A stretch of 64,000 bases of DNA from an uncultured Pseudomonadota bacterium (GTDB taxonomy: Bacteria > Pseudomonadota > Alphaproteobacteria > Rs-D84), in contig CACZUD010000001.1 of NCBI GenBank assembly GCA_902784345.1, positions 30,810 to 94,809 on the forward strand, written 5' to 3'. Positions within the stretch are counted from its first letter, which is position 1. Every line of letters begins with the position of its first letter. The position numbers and the translations under genes were made by a program. Below are positions 26,298 to 36,205 of the stretch, in pieces. Under the pieces are notes generated by a model. It had not been told where the DNA came from, searched no databases, and saw only the letters and a program-made list of their open reading frames with translations.

Positions 26298-29147
26298 ATG
26301 AAAAGGACAATACTGTTTTTTGCTGTATGCCTTGGTTTGTCTGTATGTGGGACGACCTTTGCTGATGATGCAAATGCGGTTCGCAGTGCATCAAAACGCA
26401 CAACAACAACATTATCTTCACAACAAACTTCAGATCGTGCCGTATCAACAAACACAAAAAGATCGTCCAACACCCAAAATTCAGCAAAAAACAACAGGAC
26501 CGCTGTCCAACCACAACAGCGCGTTACATCACGTACAACAACACAACAAAATGTAAAACCTCGTGTAACCACTACAAAGACTACAACGTCCGCACGCACG
26601 ACAACGGCACGAACACCGGTTTCACGTTCTGTGAATTCGCGTCAAAACGAATCGAAAAAGACGGCAACTTCGCGCACCAGAACCCCTGTACAAACTATCA
26701 AACACAACTCCAGGGCAACAGAATTAAACAACGAAAAAATAACAACTATAAAATCGCTGAATTATTCAAAATGCAAAACGGTTTATTACGAATGCATGGA
26801 TGAATTCTGTGCTAACAAAGATACAAATTTACGCAGATGCGCTTGTTCTTCACGTATTCACGAATTCGATGACATAAAAAAGCAATTAAGTAATGCCGAA
26901 GATAAAATGCTGGATTTCAACCAACGTTTGCTGACTGTTAGTCTGGACAAAGAAGATGCCGCGGCAATCAATGTTGCTTCCGAAGGTGAACAGGGGTTCT
27001 CTACCAAGGATACCAGTACATCTGAAAAACTTTTGCAAAAAATAACTGAAAGTTTAAATGATTCTGGCGATTCTAAAATCAACAATAACTTATCTGCTAT
27101 ATCTTTATCGTTGGATATAGATTCTGCATGGGACAGCGTTGATTCAATGTCTGGGGTTGCGACTTCTGCAAAATCTGGTGTTGATTTGTATAATGCCGCA
27201 AATCCTGTTTGTGTTGCTATGGCCAAAGAAGTTTGTTCTGACGACGAATTAAACATTGCCAAAGATGGATACAAACTAACAATTCAACAAGATTGTGACA
27301 CTGTTAAAAAATCTTATAAAACACAATACAGCACTGCATTGGAAAAGATTCACGAAAGCAGTGCTTTGCTTGATATGTCGCGTTTAAATGTTTATCAACA
27401 ACGCAACAGTGATGACACTTTAACCTGCAAGAAAAAAATATTAAATCAGTTATCTGACACAACTGTTTGTGGCGAAGATTTGTACAAATGTCTTGATATG
27501 ACGGGACAATATATTGACCCATCTACAGGGAACGCATTTTTATCTGAAAACCTGTCTGAACTTTCAAATTTGTTGCAAGAACCAGCCAGTGGCGAAAGAT
27601 GGTCAAAAGTACAACGCAACGACAGTTTTGTTAAATATCTGAATTCGAAAAAGAAATTCTTGGAACCTGCAACAAAACAATGCCAAGACATTGCCGACAT
27701 GGTATGGCAAGACTTCTTGGACGATGCATTGGCACAAATAAAATTGGCACAAAACGCGAAAATGGAAGAAATCCGTCAAAGTTGCACGACCTTGGTTGCA
27801 GAATGCAAAACGAAGGCACAACAAAGTTTGTCTGATTTTGATGCACGCGCATTATCAACATTTAATATCGAAACAGATAAAACAGTCAACAAAATGTGTT
27901 CAGAAGTACAAACCGCGTGTTCTGGTTTGATGGCCAACAGTGAGATTGCAGCTCTTTGGTCTTCTGGCATGACCAGTATCGCAACAGATGTAACATATCA
28001 AAAAGTTATCGAAACTTGCACAACCATTGGACGCGATTGTATTGTACGTCAATGCAATGGAACAACTGGTAATTTTGCATTATGCCAAGAAGCAACCGAC
28101 AAAAACCGTCAAGCAATTTTAGATCATGATGTATGCTGGAATGAAGTTCTTGAATGTGTACAAAATGCCGATAACATTGACAATATGTCTGTTGTTCCAC
28201 ATAACGACTATTTGACATCCATATACGGCATGACCAGTGATGCCATACAGGCCGCACCAAACCCATGTGGTAATAATCCAACCAAAGCATGTCTTATCAC
28301 AGAACAAATTTGGGGGACATGTGAATACAAACCAAACCAATATTCAATAACTAATATAACAGGTGACAAATATAAGCCATCAAATAAAATCCTTACCCCG
28401 TCTTCTGGTGATAGTTTGTTATCATGGTTTGCCACAAACACAGGTACAACAGATTCCATAGACAGTTGCAATTCAAAGGGATGTCCTGTTAATTACGAAA
28501 AGATTAACGGAAAATGTCAACTGGCTGAGGCCTTAAGTAAAACAAGTGACTGTGGAAATCCTACAAATCCAAACCAAATTATCAATGTTACTGAAAATAT
28601 TACGAACTATTGTTATTTTGGCAGAAGAGATATTTATGGCAATTGTTGTGATAATGCTACACCAAACTCAAGCGCAAAAGACAACGGAATATGTGTTCCC
28701 GAAGGGGGCCACGCCGTGCGTTTATGGAATTTGAAGTGTACCGACACAGATGATTATTTTTGTCCAACAACCGGCAATTTGACATTATATTGCGTAACAA
28801 AATCACAGGCAACACAACCTATCGCATACTATACAACTTCTAGTGAATATGCGTGTGGTCTTATGCCTGATGGGGTGAGTTTTGACCAAACTGCACTGTG
28901 GGTTATTGTTGATGAAAACGGAAGATATTACAGCGCAGACAAAAACAATCCAACCAGCATTATGCGTTATATCTTGTTGGAACAAGAAGCAAGTTGTCCA
29001 ACAACATCTAAAATAACATGCAACTATGTCTACAGAAATGGTGCATGGGTTTGGGATGATGACGACAGTTCTAGAAACACTACAATTTGCACAAAAGTTC
29101 CAAACACACCAACAATTAACAATGAATTGTTGATAAAATACAGATAA
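26298..29147 (+). CDS. Large cysteine-rich exported protein (949 aa)
   Basis: Signal peptide MKRTILFFAVCLGLSVCGTTFA, then a ~125-aa basic Thr/Arg/Ser/Asn-rich linker. The N-module CKTVYYECMDEFCANKDTNLRRCACSSR follows, with many further Cys, including CNSKGCPVNYEKINGKC. Confidence 0.8.
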   Translation: MKRTILFFAVCLGLSVCGTTFADDANAVRSASKRTTTTLSSQQTSDRAVSTNTKRSSNTQNSAKNNRTAVQPQQRVTSRTTTQQNVKPRVTTTKTTTSARTTTARTPVSRSVNSRQNESKKTATSRTRTPVQTIKHNSRATELNNEKITTIKSLNYSKCKTVYYECMDEFCANKDTNLRRCACSSRIHEFDDIKKQLSNAEDKMLDFNQRLLTVSLDKEDAAAINVASEGEQGFSTKDTSTSEKLLQKITESLNDSGDSKINNNLSAISLSLDIDSAWDSVDSMSGVATSAKSGVDLYNAANPVCVAMAKEVCSDDELNIAKDGYKLTIQQDCDTVKKSYKTQYSTALEKIHESSALLDMSRLNVYQQRNSDDTLTCKKKILNQLSDTTVCGEDLYKCLDMTGQYIDPSTGNAFLSENLSELSNLLQEPASGERWSKVQRNDSFVKYLNSKKKFLEPATKQCQDIADMVWQDFLDDALAQIKLAQNAKMEEIRQSCTTLVAECKTKAQQSLSDFDARALSTFNIETDKTVNKMCSEVQTACSGLMANSEIAALWSSGMTSIATDVTYQKVIETCTTIGRDCIVRQCNGTTGNFALCQEATDKNRQAILDHDVCWNEVLECVQNADNIDNMSVVPHNDYLTSIYGMTSDAIQAAPNPCGNNPTKACLITEQIWGTCEYKPNQYSITNITGDKYKPSNKILTPSSGDSLLSWFATNTGTTDSIDSCNSKGCPVNYEKINGKCQLAEALSKTSDCGNPTNPNQIINVTENITNYCYFGRRDIYGNCCDNATPNSSAKDNGICVPEGGHAVRLWNLKCTDTDDYFCPTTGNLTLYCVTKSQATQPIAYYTTSSEYACGLMPDGVSFDQTALWVIVDENGRYYSADKNNPTSIMRYILLEQEASCPTTSKITCNYVYRNGAWVWDDDDSSRNTTICTKVPNTPTINNELLIKYR

Positions 29148-29157
29148 CTAAATGAAT

Positions 29158-29679
29158 TTAATCAATCGTAATTGTTTCGATAACAGATTTGATTTGTTTT
29201 AATTGTTCACTATCAAATTTGCCTAACACCCAATCGACAGGACTTATTGGACTGTTAAAATCACGCGGATGTCCGATACCAATTCTAATACGACGGTATT
29301 CTTTTCCAACGTGCGCATCTATGGATTTAATTCCGTTGTGACCTGCACTGCTGCCCCCTGTTTTTTCACGCAAAGTTCCAACTTTTAAATCCATATCATC
29401 ATGGATTACAATCAAGTTTTCCAAAGGCACTTTATAAAACTGCATCAACGCCACAACCGATTCGCCGCTGTTATTCATAAAGGTCTGTGGTTTAGCCAAT
29501 ATAATACGCACCCCATCAAAATCGAAACGTGTTGTCAGTGCCTTTTTTTCGTTTTTCCATTTTGCATCATCTGGCGCCAGCGCATCAATCGCCATAAAGC
29601 CAACATTATGACGCGTCAGTGCATATTCATCGCCAGGATTACCCAGTCCGACAACTAAAACAGGTTTATTTTCTTGCAT
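29158..29679 (-). CDS. pth: Peptidyl-tRNA hydrolase
   Basis: VVGLGNPGDEYALTRHNVGFM and GGSSAGHNGIKSI motifs. Confidence 0.93.
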   Translation of the reverse strand: MQENKPVLVVGLGNPGDEYALTRHNVGFMAIDALAPDDAKWKNEKKALTTRFDFDGVRIILAKPQTFMNNSGESVVALMQFYKVPLENLIVIHDDMDLKVGTLREKTGGSSAGHNGIKSIDAHVGKEYRRIRIGIGHPRDFNSPISPVDWVLGKFDSEQLKQIKSVIETITID

Positions 29680-29726
29680 GTTTTACCTTTTGTTTTATAC
29701 TATAATATCATATAAAGGAGAAAAAT

Positions 29727-30293
29727 ATGAAAATAAATTCATTATCTTTGGTTTCACTTGTATCTGTATTAACTTTCGCGTCCAACGCAAATGCGGGAAC
29801 ATGGACTGATTTTTATGTTGGCGGTATGGTCGGTGTTGGTGGACAAACAATGTTTGCAGACCATAAAAACGAAACAAATGCTTCTCAAATCTTTGGTGCA
29901 GTTGCCGGTATGGATTTACCAGTATTCAGAATTGAAGGCGAATACGATTATTTACATTCTTCTGATTTAAAGACAAACGCCGCATTATTAAATTTGTATG
30001 CAAAAATGCCTTCAACAGTTATCTTGCCTTATATTGGTGCCGGTATTGGTATGGCATTTGGAGGCAAACAAACAATCAGTGCAAACGGTGTAACGACAGA
30101 ATACAATGTTAATTCAACTGCTGCTTATCAGGCTATGTTGGGTGCAACAATCGATATCTTGAAATTACCAATCAAATTCGATGTTGAAGGACGTGTATTA
30201 TATGCCCCAGACCTTTATAAAAACGAAGCAGCTAACACAACACCTGATATGTTGCATTATGATGTTCGTGCAAAACTGCGTTATATATTCTAA
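29727..30293 (+). CDS. Small outer-membrane beta-barrel protein (OmpA-like N-domain / opacity-porin type)
   Basis: Signal peptide ending ...ASNANA, Gly/aromatic beta-strand periodicity, and a C-terminal ...AKLRYIF. Confidence 0.7.
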   Translation: MKINSLSLVSLVSVLTFASNANAGTWTDFYVGGMVGVGGQTMFADHKNETNASQIFGAVAGMDLPVFRIEGEYDYLHSSDLKTNAALLNLYAKMPSTVILPYIGAGIGMAFGGKQTISANGVTTEYNVNSTAAYQAMLGATIDILKLPIKFDVEGRVLYAPDLYKNEAANTTPDMLHYDVRAKLRYIF

Positions 30294-30303
30294 AACGGTA
30301 TAA

Positions 30304-33075
30304 ATGATAACATTAATTGACGGCAATTCACTGGTATTTCGTGCTTACTATGGTGTACATAGTAATTTGACTCGCAGCGACGGAATGCCAGTTGGTGCCG
30401 TTTATGGTTTCTTTAATATGGTCTTGCCCATATTTGCAAAGGCAAAAGAAACTGATTCTTTCGTATGTGTATTTGATGCATCACGAATTTCTTTTAGGCA
30501 AGACATTTACCCACAATACAAAGCAAATCGCAGCGAAACACCCGCCGATTTAATCACACAAAGCGAATTAATTCGAATCGGGCTGCACGCGATGGGGGTT
30601 TCCGTACTCTGTATTCCGGGGGTGGAAGCAGATGATGTTATTGCAACAATCGCAACACAAAATTGTGATAAAGACGACAAGACCAGAATTATCACCAGCG
30701 ACAAGGATTTAATGCAACTGGTGTCACCTTGCGTATTTCTTTACGATGGTATGAAAGAAAAAGAAATACACGAAACTGAAGTCATGGAAAAATTCGCGGT
30801 GAAACCAAATCAGGTTATCGATGTTCAATCGCTTATGGGCGATTCGTCTGATAATGTCCCCGGCGTCCCTGGAATTGGTCCAAAGAAAGCTGCCGAATTG
30901 ATAAACGAATTTGGAAGTTTGGATAATTTATACGCAAATCTTGATTCAGTAAAAAACGAACGAATTCGCGGATTATTGCATGACAACAAAGAAATGGCTT
31001 ATATTTCCAAGAAACTGGTTACATTAAAACGCGATGTTGATTTAGATGGATTAAAAATCACTCCATTTTGTTTTGATAAATCTGGTGCGCTGGATTTTGT
31101 TCGTGAAAAAGTTGAAAGCAAAACTTTGACTGCAAAAATAGAAAAATTATTTCCTGGCGACAAACAAACATGCACCCCACAAATAACAGAATACGAAAAA
31201 TCAATTTGCCCTGTGGTTGATATTCCAGAAACACCAAAAACACAATCTGTACTGGGCGAAATGGACATTATAACAATTTCGAACGAATCGGAATTGAATG
31301 AATTTTTATCACATATAACAAACGTTATCGCATTTGATACCGAAACCACAGGTCTGAATCAAATCAGTGATAAACTTGTCGGACTTTCTTTAGCATACGA
31401 CGATAAACATGGCGCATATATTCCGATTCGGCACATAACAAAATCTGCAGATTTATTTGGTGGCGAAACAATTGTTCCGAATCAATTATCCATAGATGTT
31501 GTTTATAAAAAACTTTGGCCAATTTTCACAAATCCAAACATAACTAAAATTGCACATAACCTGAAATATGATTTGCATATTCTGTCTAACGAAGGTTGGG
31601 ACATAACAAAAATCAATCCGATTGATGACACAATGTTACTGTCGTATGCATTGTATGGTTCTCTGCATGGACATGGTCTGGACGAATTGGCTGAAAAATA
31701 CCTTGGACACAGCGATATTAAATTCAGCGATTTATTTGATGCGAAAACCAAAGATGCAGACAGACATTTTGAAACTCTACAAATTGATATCGCAACAAAA
31801 TATTCTGGCGAAGATTCTGTCGTTTGTATGGCTTTGTACAACCTGTTTCGTCCACAACTTGACGCAAACAAGGCTTTATGCGAATTATATGAAACTTGCG
31901 ACATACCACTTTGCCCTATTTTGTGCTTGATGGAAAAATATGGGGTTGCTGTTAATCGCGAAAGATTAAATCAATTATCCGCTGTATTTCATAAACAATT
32001 GGAAAAACTTGAATCCGAAATTTATGAATTGGCAGGACACGAATTTAACGTGGCCAGCCCAAAACAACTGGCTGTCGTATTGTTTGATGAATTGCGTTTA
32101 CCAGACAAAAAGAAACATTCGACGGATGCGGCGACATTAAACGATTTGGTTGAATCACATCCGATTGTTGAAAAGATTTTGACTTGGCGTTCTGTGGCGA
32201 AATTGGCAGGAACTTATGCAGATGCCCTGCCTCATGAAATCGCAAGCGACGGACGAATTCATACAACATTTTTGCAAACCAGTACAAACACGGGTCGTCT
32301 TTCCAGCCGCAATCCAAATCTGCAAAACATACCTATCAAAACAGAACTAGGCGAAGAAATCAGAAAGTGTTTCGTCGCAGAACCTGGGAAACTTTTGATT
32401 GCGGTGGATTATTCGCAAATTCAATTAAGATTGCTGGCAGACGTTGCAAATGTCGAAATGTTCAAAGAAACATTTAACAAAGGCTTGGACATTCACGAAC
32501 AAACCGCACGCAAAATCTTCAATATTCCGCAAACTTCGCCTGTTCCAAAAGAATTGCGTCGTGCAGCAAAAACAATTAACTTTTCAATTATTTACGGGAT
32601 ATCTGCATTTGGTCTGGCTAATCAGTTAAATATTTCACGTGAAGAAGCAAAAAAGATTATTGATTCTTATATGGCGGGATTACCTGAAATCAAAGAATAC
32701 ATTGATTATGTATCTGATTTTGTTTTGAAAAACCATTGTGTTTATACGCCTTGGCATCGCCGCATAGAAATACCAGAAGCCGCGAACCCACGTATGCGCG
32801 GTTATGCTGTTCGTGCGGCAATCAATGCACCAATCCAAGGATTCGAAGCAGACATAGTCCGTCGTGCGATGGTAAACGTTTACAACAACATCGTTGTTCC
32901 GAATTCTGATAAAATAAAAATGATTTTACAGGTTCATGACGAAATCATATTTGAATGTGATGAAAAGGTTGCCGAACTTTTCGCACAACAAATAAAAAAA
33001 GAAATGGAAAACGTAACCAAGTTATCAGTGCCACTGTTGGCAGAATCAATCATATCACCAATTTGGGACAAATAA
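30304..33075 (+). CDS. polA: DNA polymerase I
   Basis: 923 aa comprising a 5'-nuclease domain (LIDGNSLVFRAYY), a 3'-5' exonuclease domain (AFDTETTGL) and polymerase motifs (DYSQIQLRLLA, QVHDEIIFE). Confidence 0.97.
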   Translation: MITLIDGNSLVFRAYYGVHSNLTRSDGMPVGAVYGFFNMVLPIFAKAKETDSFVCVFDASRISFRQDIYPQYKANRSETPADLITQSELIRIGLHAMGVSVLCIPGVEADDVIATIATQNCDKDDKTRIITSDKDLMQLVSPCVFLYDGMKEKEIHETEVMEKFAVKPNQVIDVQSLMGDSSDNVPGVPGIGPKKAAELINEFGSLDNLYANLDSVKNERIRGLLHDNKEMAYISKKLVTLKRDVDLDGLKITPFCFDKSGALDFVREKVESKTLTAKIEKLFPGDKQTCTPQITEYEKSICPVVDIPETPKTQSVLGEMDIITISNESELNEFLSHITNVIAFDTETTGLNQISDKLVGLSLAYDDKHGAYIPIRHITKSADLFGGETIVPNQLSIDVVYKKLWPIFTNPNITKIAHNLKYDLHILSNEGWDITKINPIDDTMLLSYALYGSLHGHGLDELAEKYLGHSDIKFSDLFDAKTKDADRHFETLQIDIATKYSGEDSVVCMALYNLFRPQLDANKALCELYETCDIPLCPILCLMEKYGVAVNRERLNQLSAVFHKQLEKLESEIYELAGHEFNVASPKQLAVVLFDELRLPDKKKHSTDAATLNDLVESHPIVEKILTWRSVAKLAGTYADALPHEIASDGRIHTTFLQTSTNTGRLSSRNPNLQNIPIKTELGEEIRKCFVAEPGKLLIAVDYSQIQLRLLADVANVEMFKETFNKGLDIHEQTARKIFNIPQTSPVPKELRRAAKTINFSIIYGISAFGLANQLNISREEAKKIIDSYMAGLPEIKEYIDYVSDFVLKNHCVYTPWHRRIEIPEAANPRMRGYAVRAAINAPIQGFEADIVRRAMVNVYNNIVVPNSDKIKMILQVHDEIIFECDEKVAELFAQQIKKEMENVTKLSVPLLAESIISPIWDK

Positions 33076-33105
33076 AAAAACACCCGCGATTGCGGGTATT
33101 TTTTA
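33074..33105. terminator. Bidirectional intrinsic terminator
   Basis: A-run, then ACCCGC-GATT-GCGGGT, then a T-run, between convergent polA and the DsbA-like gene. Confidence 0.7.
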
Positions 33106-33124
33106 TATCTATACTTTTACTATA

Positions 33125-33946
33125 TTATTTCAAAGCTTCGATGATTCTTGAATATGGAATTGCACCTGGGAACGCTTGTTCGCCGATGATCAAGAAAGGT
33201 GTTCCTGTGATTTCAAAACGTTGTGCCAAATCACGAACATTTTGCAATTCTCTTTGAACAACTTCGCCTTCCATATCTGCTTCCAATTGCTTTGTATCCA
33301 AACCAACTTCTTTTGCAAAATTCATAACATTAGCATGGATTGTTTCAGGCAATTTCGCTTGATTTTTCATATCATCTTGTGTGTAGTATTCTTTGTCCAT
33401 CAACAATTTATCCAAAGCCGCAGCTTTTGCATTGTCTTGGATTTTAGCAGCGATAACTGCTTTTGCTGGGGCATCAGATAATGCACCATGGATAGAGAAG
33501 TTTTTCAAAACTACACGAACATCGTCACGTTCTGACAAAACACGAGACAATTCGCTGTGAACACGACGGCAATATGGGCAAGAATAATCAGACCACAAGA
33601 AGATTGTATTCTTGGCATCTACATTACCAGCGATTGGTGCATCGCCAATCATTTCGTTCATATGTTTTTTAACATATTTGCGAACTTCTGCATTTTTTAC
33701 TTTTTCTTGTTCTGCCTGCATATTTTGAACCATTTCTTGCAAGATAGCAGGATTTGTTTTTACCAAGTAAACAGGTGTAATCAAACGGCATACGCAACCA
33801 GCAATCAAAATAATTGCAACAGCATTGATACCTTTGTGTATTACGACGTCAAGGGCCGCGGCTTTCTTGTTGCCAGCTTTGATGAACATGCCACCAAAAA
33901 CATACAAAGCGATCGCCAAGACCAGGATTAAAAGTGTCCAAATCAT
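33125..33946 (-). CDS. Membrane-anchored DsbA-family thiol:disulfide oxidoreductase
   Basis: N-terminal TM(s), a CPYC active site (WSDYSCPYCRRVHSEL), and a thioredoxin-fold C-terminus (ITGTPFLIIGEQAFPGAIPY). Confidence 0.8.
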   Translation of the reverse strand: MIWTLLILVLAIALYVFGGMFIKAGNKKAAALDVVIHKGINAVAIILIAGCVCRLITPVYLVKTNPAILQEMVQNMQAEQEKVKNAEVRKYVKKHMNEMIGDAPIAGNVDAKNTIFLWSDYSCPYCRRVHSELSRVLSERDDVRVVLKNFSIHGALSDAPAKAVIAAKIQDNAKAAALDKLLMDKEYYTQDDMKNQAKLPETIHANVMNFAKEVGLDTKQLEADMEGEVVQRELQNVRDLAQRFEITGTPFLIIGEQAFPGAIPYSRIIEALK

Positions 33947-34021
33947 AATGTTTCTCCTTTATTGTTGAACAAGAAAATCTTAGAAAAAAAAACTTACATA
34001 TGCAACAAAAAAACACAAAAA

Positions 34022-34669
34022 TTAAAATATTTTTCTGGATATCGGCATGTCAACACCCTGTGCAATACAAATACCTGAAATAAAACGTTTTGTTATATCT
34101 AAATTTATCGGCAATTTATACAATTTGTCCACATAAGGCTGTCCACAATTTGCACACACCGCCCGCCCTGTTTTCGGAGACAAATAAACCAGATTATCGA
34201 CACAACCACAACCAGAACATTTTTTTAAATCCAGCGCATACCCCAAATCAGACAACAAACCAATTTCCCATTTTAAATATGCATCATAAGGTTCGCCTTC
34301 GCTTGCTATCGCTTGCAGTAAATCTAATGTCCTTTGATACAAATTTTCATAAGATTCGCGTTCAGGAATAAGTGTATAAATCAAAGCGAACACTGAATTC
34401 ATGATTTTCAACAAATCGTTATTCAGCATTAAAGGTGCGGACAAATTTTTTTCACTTTCAAAATGAAACACACCCAATTGAGAATCAACACGTGCATTCC
34501 ACGACACGGTTCCATACTGTCCAATCAATGGTTTGTTTTTCTTTGCCACCACGGCACCACGTAACATACCAACCAAAACCCCATTATCACGTGTAAAAAT
34601 ATGTGCAATCATATCCCGTTCTGAAAACGGGCGCATGTTTATCAAAATACCTGTTGTTTCGATTTGCAT
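34022..34669 (-). CDS. recO: DNA repair protein RecO
   Basis: The N-terminal OB-fold pattern (TGILINMRPFSERDMIAHIFTRDNG) and a CSGCG...CANCG zinc finger. Confidence 0.85.
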   Translation of the reverse strand: MQIETTGILINMRPFSERDMIAHIFTRDNGVLVGMLRGAVVAKKNKPLIGQYGTVSWNARVDSQLGVFHFESEKNLSAPLMLNNDLLKIMNSVFALIYTLIPERESYENLYQRTLDLLQAIASEGEPYDAYLKWEIGLLSDLGYALDLKKCSGCGCVDNLVYLSPKTGRAVCANCGQPYVDKLYKLPINLDITKRFISGICIAQGVDMPISRKIF

Positions 34670-34705
34670 ACACTTATTATATATAAAAGGGAATTTTTAC
34701 AAAAT

Positions 34706-34735
34706 AAAAATCGCCCGATGGGCGACTTTTATTTT
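34706..34735 (-). terminator. Intrinsic terminator after the PpiD-like gene
   Basis: TCGCCC-GAT-GGGCGA hairpin flanked by A and T runs. The PpiD-like stop lies at its edge. Confidence 0.6.
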
Positions 34736-36141
34736 GTGATAAATTTTTCATAATTTCTTTTATTAATTTTTACTGGATATTCGTGTTTCAAGAATCTTAT
34801 ATAATCATCTTGAACGAATCGAGTAGACATTTTTTCCAGCTCTTTACGCAAAGATTCTTTTTTAGTTTTATCAGATGCAGGCATTGTATCTTTGCCAATG
34901 CTTACAACATAGAAAGCACCTTTGTCTTCAGCTATTACATTATCGCCATTTTTTCCTGCAAAAGCGACGTTCAATACTTCCAGTGGTGCACCTTCTGTTC
35001 TGGACACAGATGCGCTTTCTACATCTTTGATAGTTTTGCCGTTATTCAAAGCTATCAATTTTTCGTTTGCTTTTTCATACGCCTTTTTGCGTTGTTCTGC
35101 TTTTTTCCAACCATCAACCAAAGATTTCTTTACATCTTTATATTCAGCGTTATGTTCAGCAACAACTTCATCAACACGCAAGATGATAAATCCTTCTTTT
35201 AATTCGATAAGTTCACTTTCACCGCCAGATTCCATAGAGAACAATTTTGCAATCAAATCATCTGTTAAGACCTTGTCTGAAACTTTTACACCACGTGCAA
35301 TATTTGCGATATTTACATATTTTGCGTTACCTTTTTCAGCGGCCGCTTTCATACCATCGCCAGAAATTATCATATCTTCAATTTCTTGCATCTTCTTATA
35401 ACCCGCATCATATTCATCTGGCTTACTGTTATCCGCGGCAAAAAACACATACGAGACAGAACGTGTTTCTGGAACAATAGTCGGATGTGAAGAATGATAT
35501 ATTTTCAATTGTTCTTCGGTTGGTTCATCCACTTTATAATCAGAAAATTTCACAGTTGAATATTTAATACCGCGTTTTGTATATCTGGCATTATAAGCCG
35601 CATCAACTGCAAACTGTGGGACAGGCAAAGAAACATTTACTGCACCCAAAGCCATATTGCTTAATACCTTGCCGCGCACAGAATTTATAACATCTTTTTC
35701 TCTTGCCCCAGAATTCTGCAAAACCATATCAAAAATCCAAGGTTGGAATTGACCGTTAATCTGGAATTGCGGATCGTTTTTAATTTCTTCAGCGATTCGT
35801 TTCTCGGACACGAAAAATTTCAAATCTTTTGCACGATTCAAAGCCAATTGATTTGTGGTCAATTTTGAAATAACAGAATTTGTTAATTCTGCTGCTTTCT
35901 TTGGATCGGTATACGACGCACGTTGTTCATCCTTGGACATCGCAGCCAACTGAATAGATTTTTCATTATTAAATTGCTGTACAGAAACGTCTGCGTTACC
36001 AACATGTACCAAAGAAGTGTCTCTTGAAGCACCACTGAAAATCCATTCTGCCGCGCCCCAGCCAACAAAACTGAAAACCAAAATAAACATTAAAACTTTC
36101 GCCACCGGTTTATCAGCAGCATTACGTAAATATTCTAGCAT
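34729..36141 (-). CDS. PpiD-like periplasmic chaperone (SurA N-terminal domain family)
   Basis: I set the start at MLEYLRNAADKPVAKVLMFILVFSFVGWG, the typical PpiD N-terminal anchor. The longer track ORF would overlap the divergent tpiA promoter region. Confidence 0.7.
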   Translation of the reverse strand: MLEYLRNAADKPVAKVLMFILVFSFVGWGAAEWIFSGASRDTSLVHVGNADVSVQQFNNEKSIQLAAMSKDEQRASYTDPKKAAELTNSVISKLTTNQLALNRAKDLKFFVSEKRIAEEIKNDPQFQINGQFQPWIFDMVLQNSGAREKDVINSVRGKVLSNMALGAVNVSLPVPQFAVDAAYNARYTKRGIKYSTVKFSDYKVDEPTEEQLKIYHSSHPTIVPETRSVSYVFFAADNSKPDEYDAGYKKMQEIEDMIISGDGMKAAAEKGNAKYVNIANIARGVKVSDKVLTDDLIAKLFSMESGGESELIELKEGFIILRVDEVVAEHNAEYKDVKKSLVDGWKKAEQRKKAYEKANEKLIALNNGKTIKDVESASVSRTEGAPLEVLNVAFAGKNGDNVIAEDKGAFYVVSIGKDTMPASDKTKKESLRKELEKMSTRFVQDDYIRFLKHEYPVKINKRNYEKFITK

Positions 36142-36205
36142 TTTTCCACCTTTTGCGATACCATAGCAAAAAGAATGATAAAAAATCAATAAAAAAGGAA
36201 GAAAA

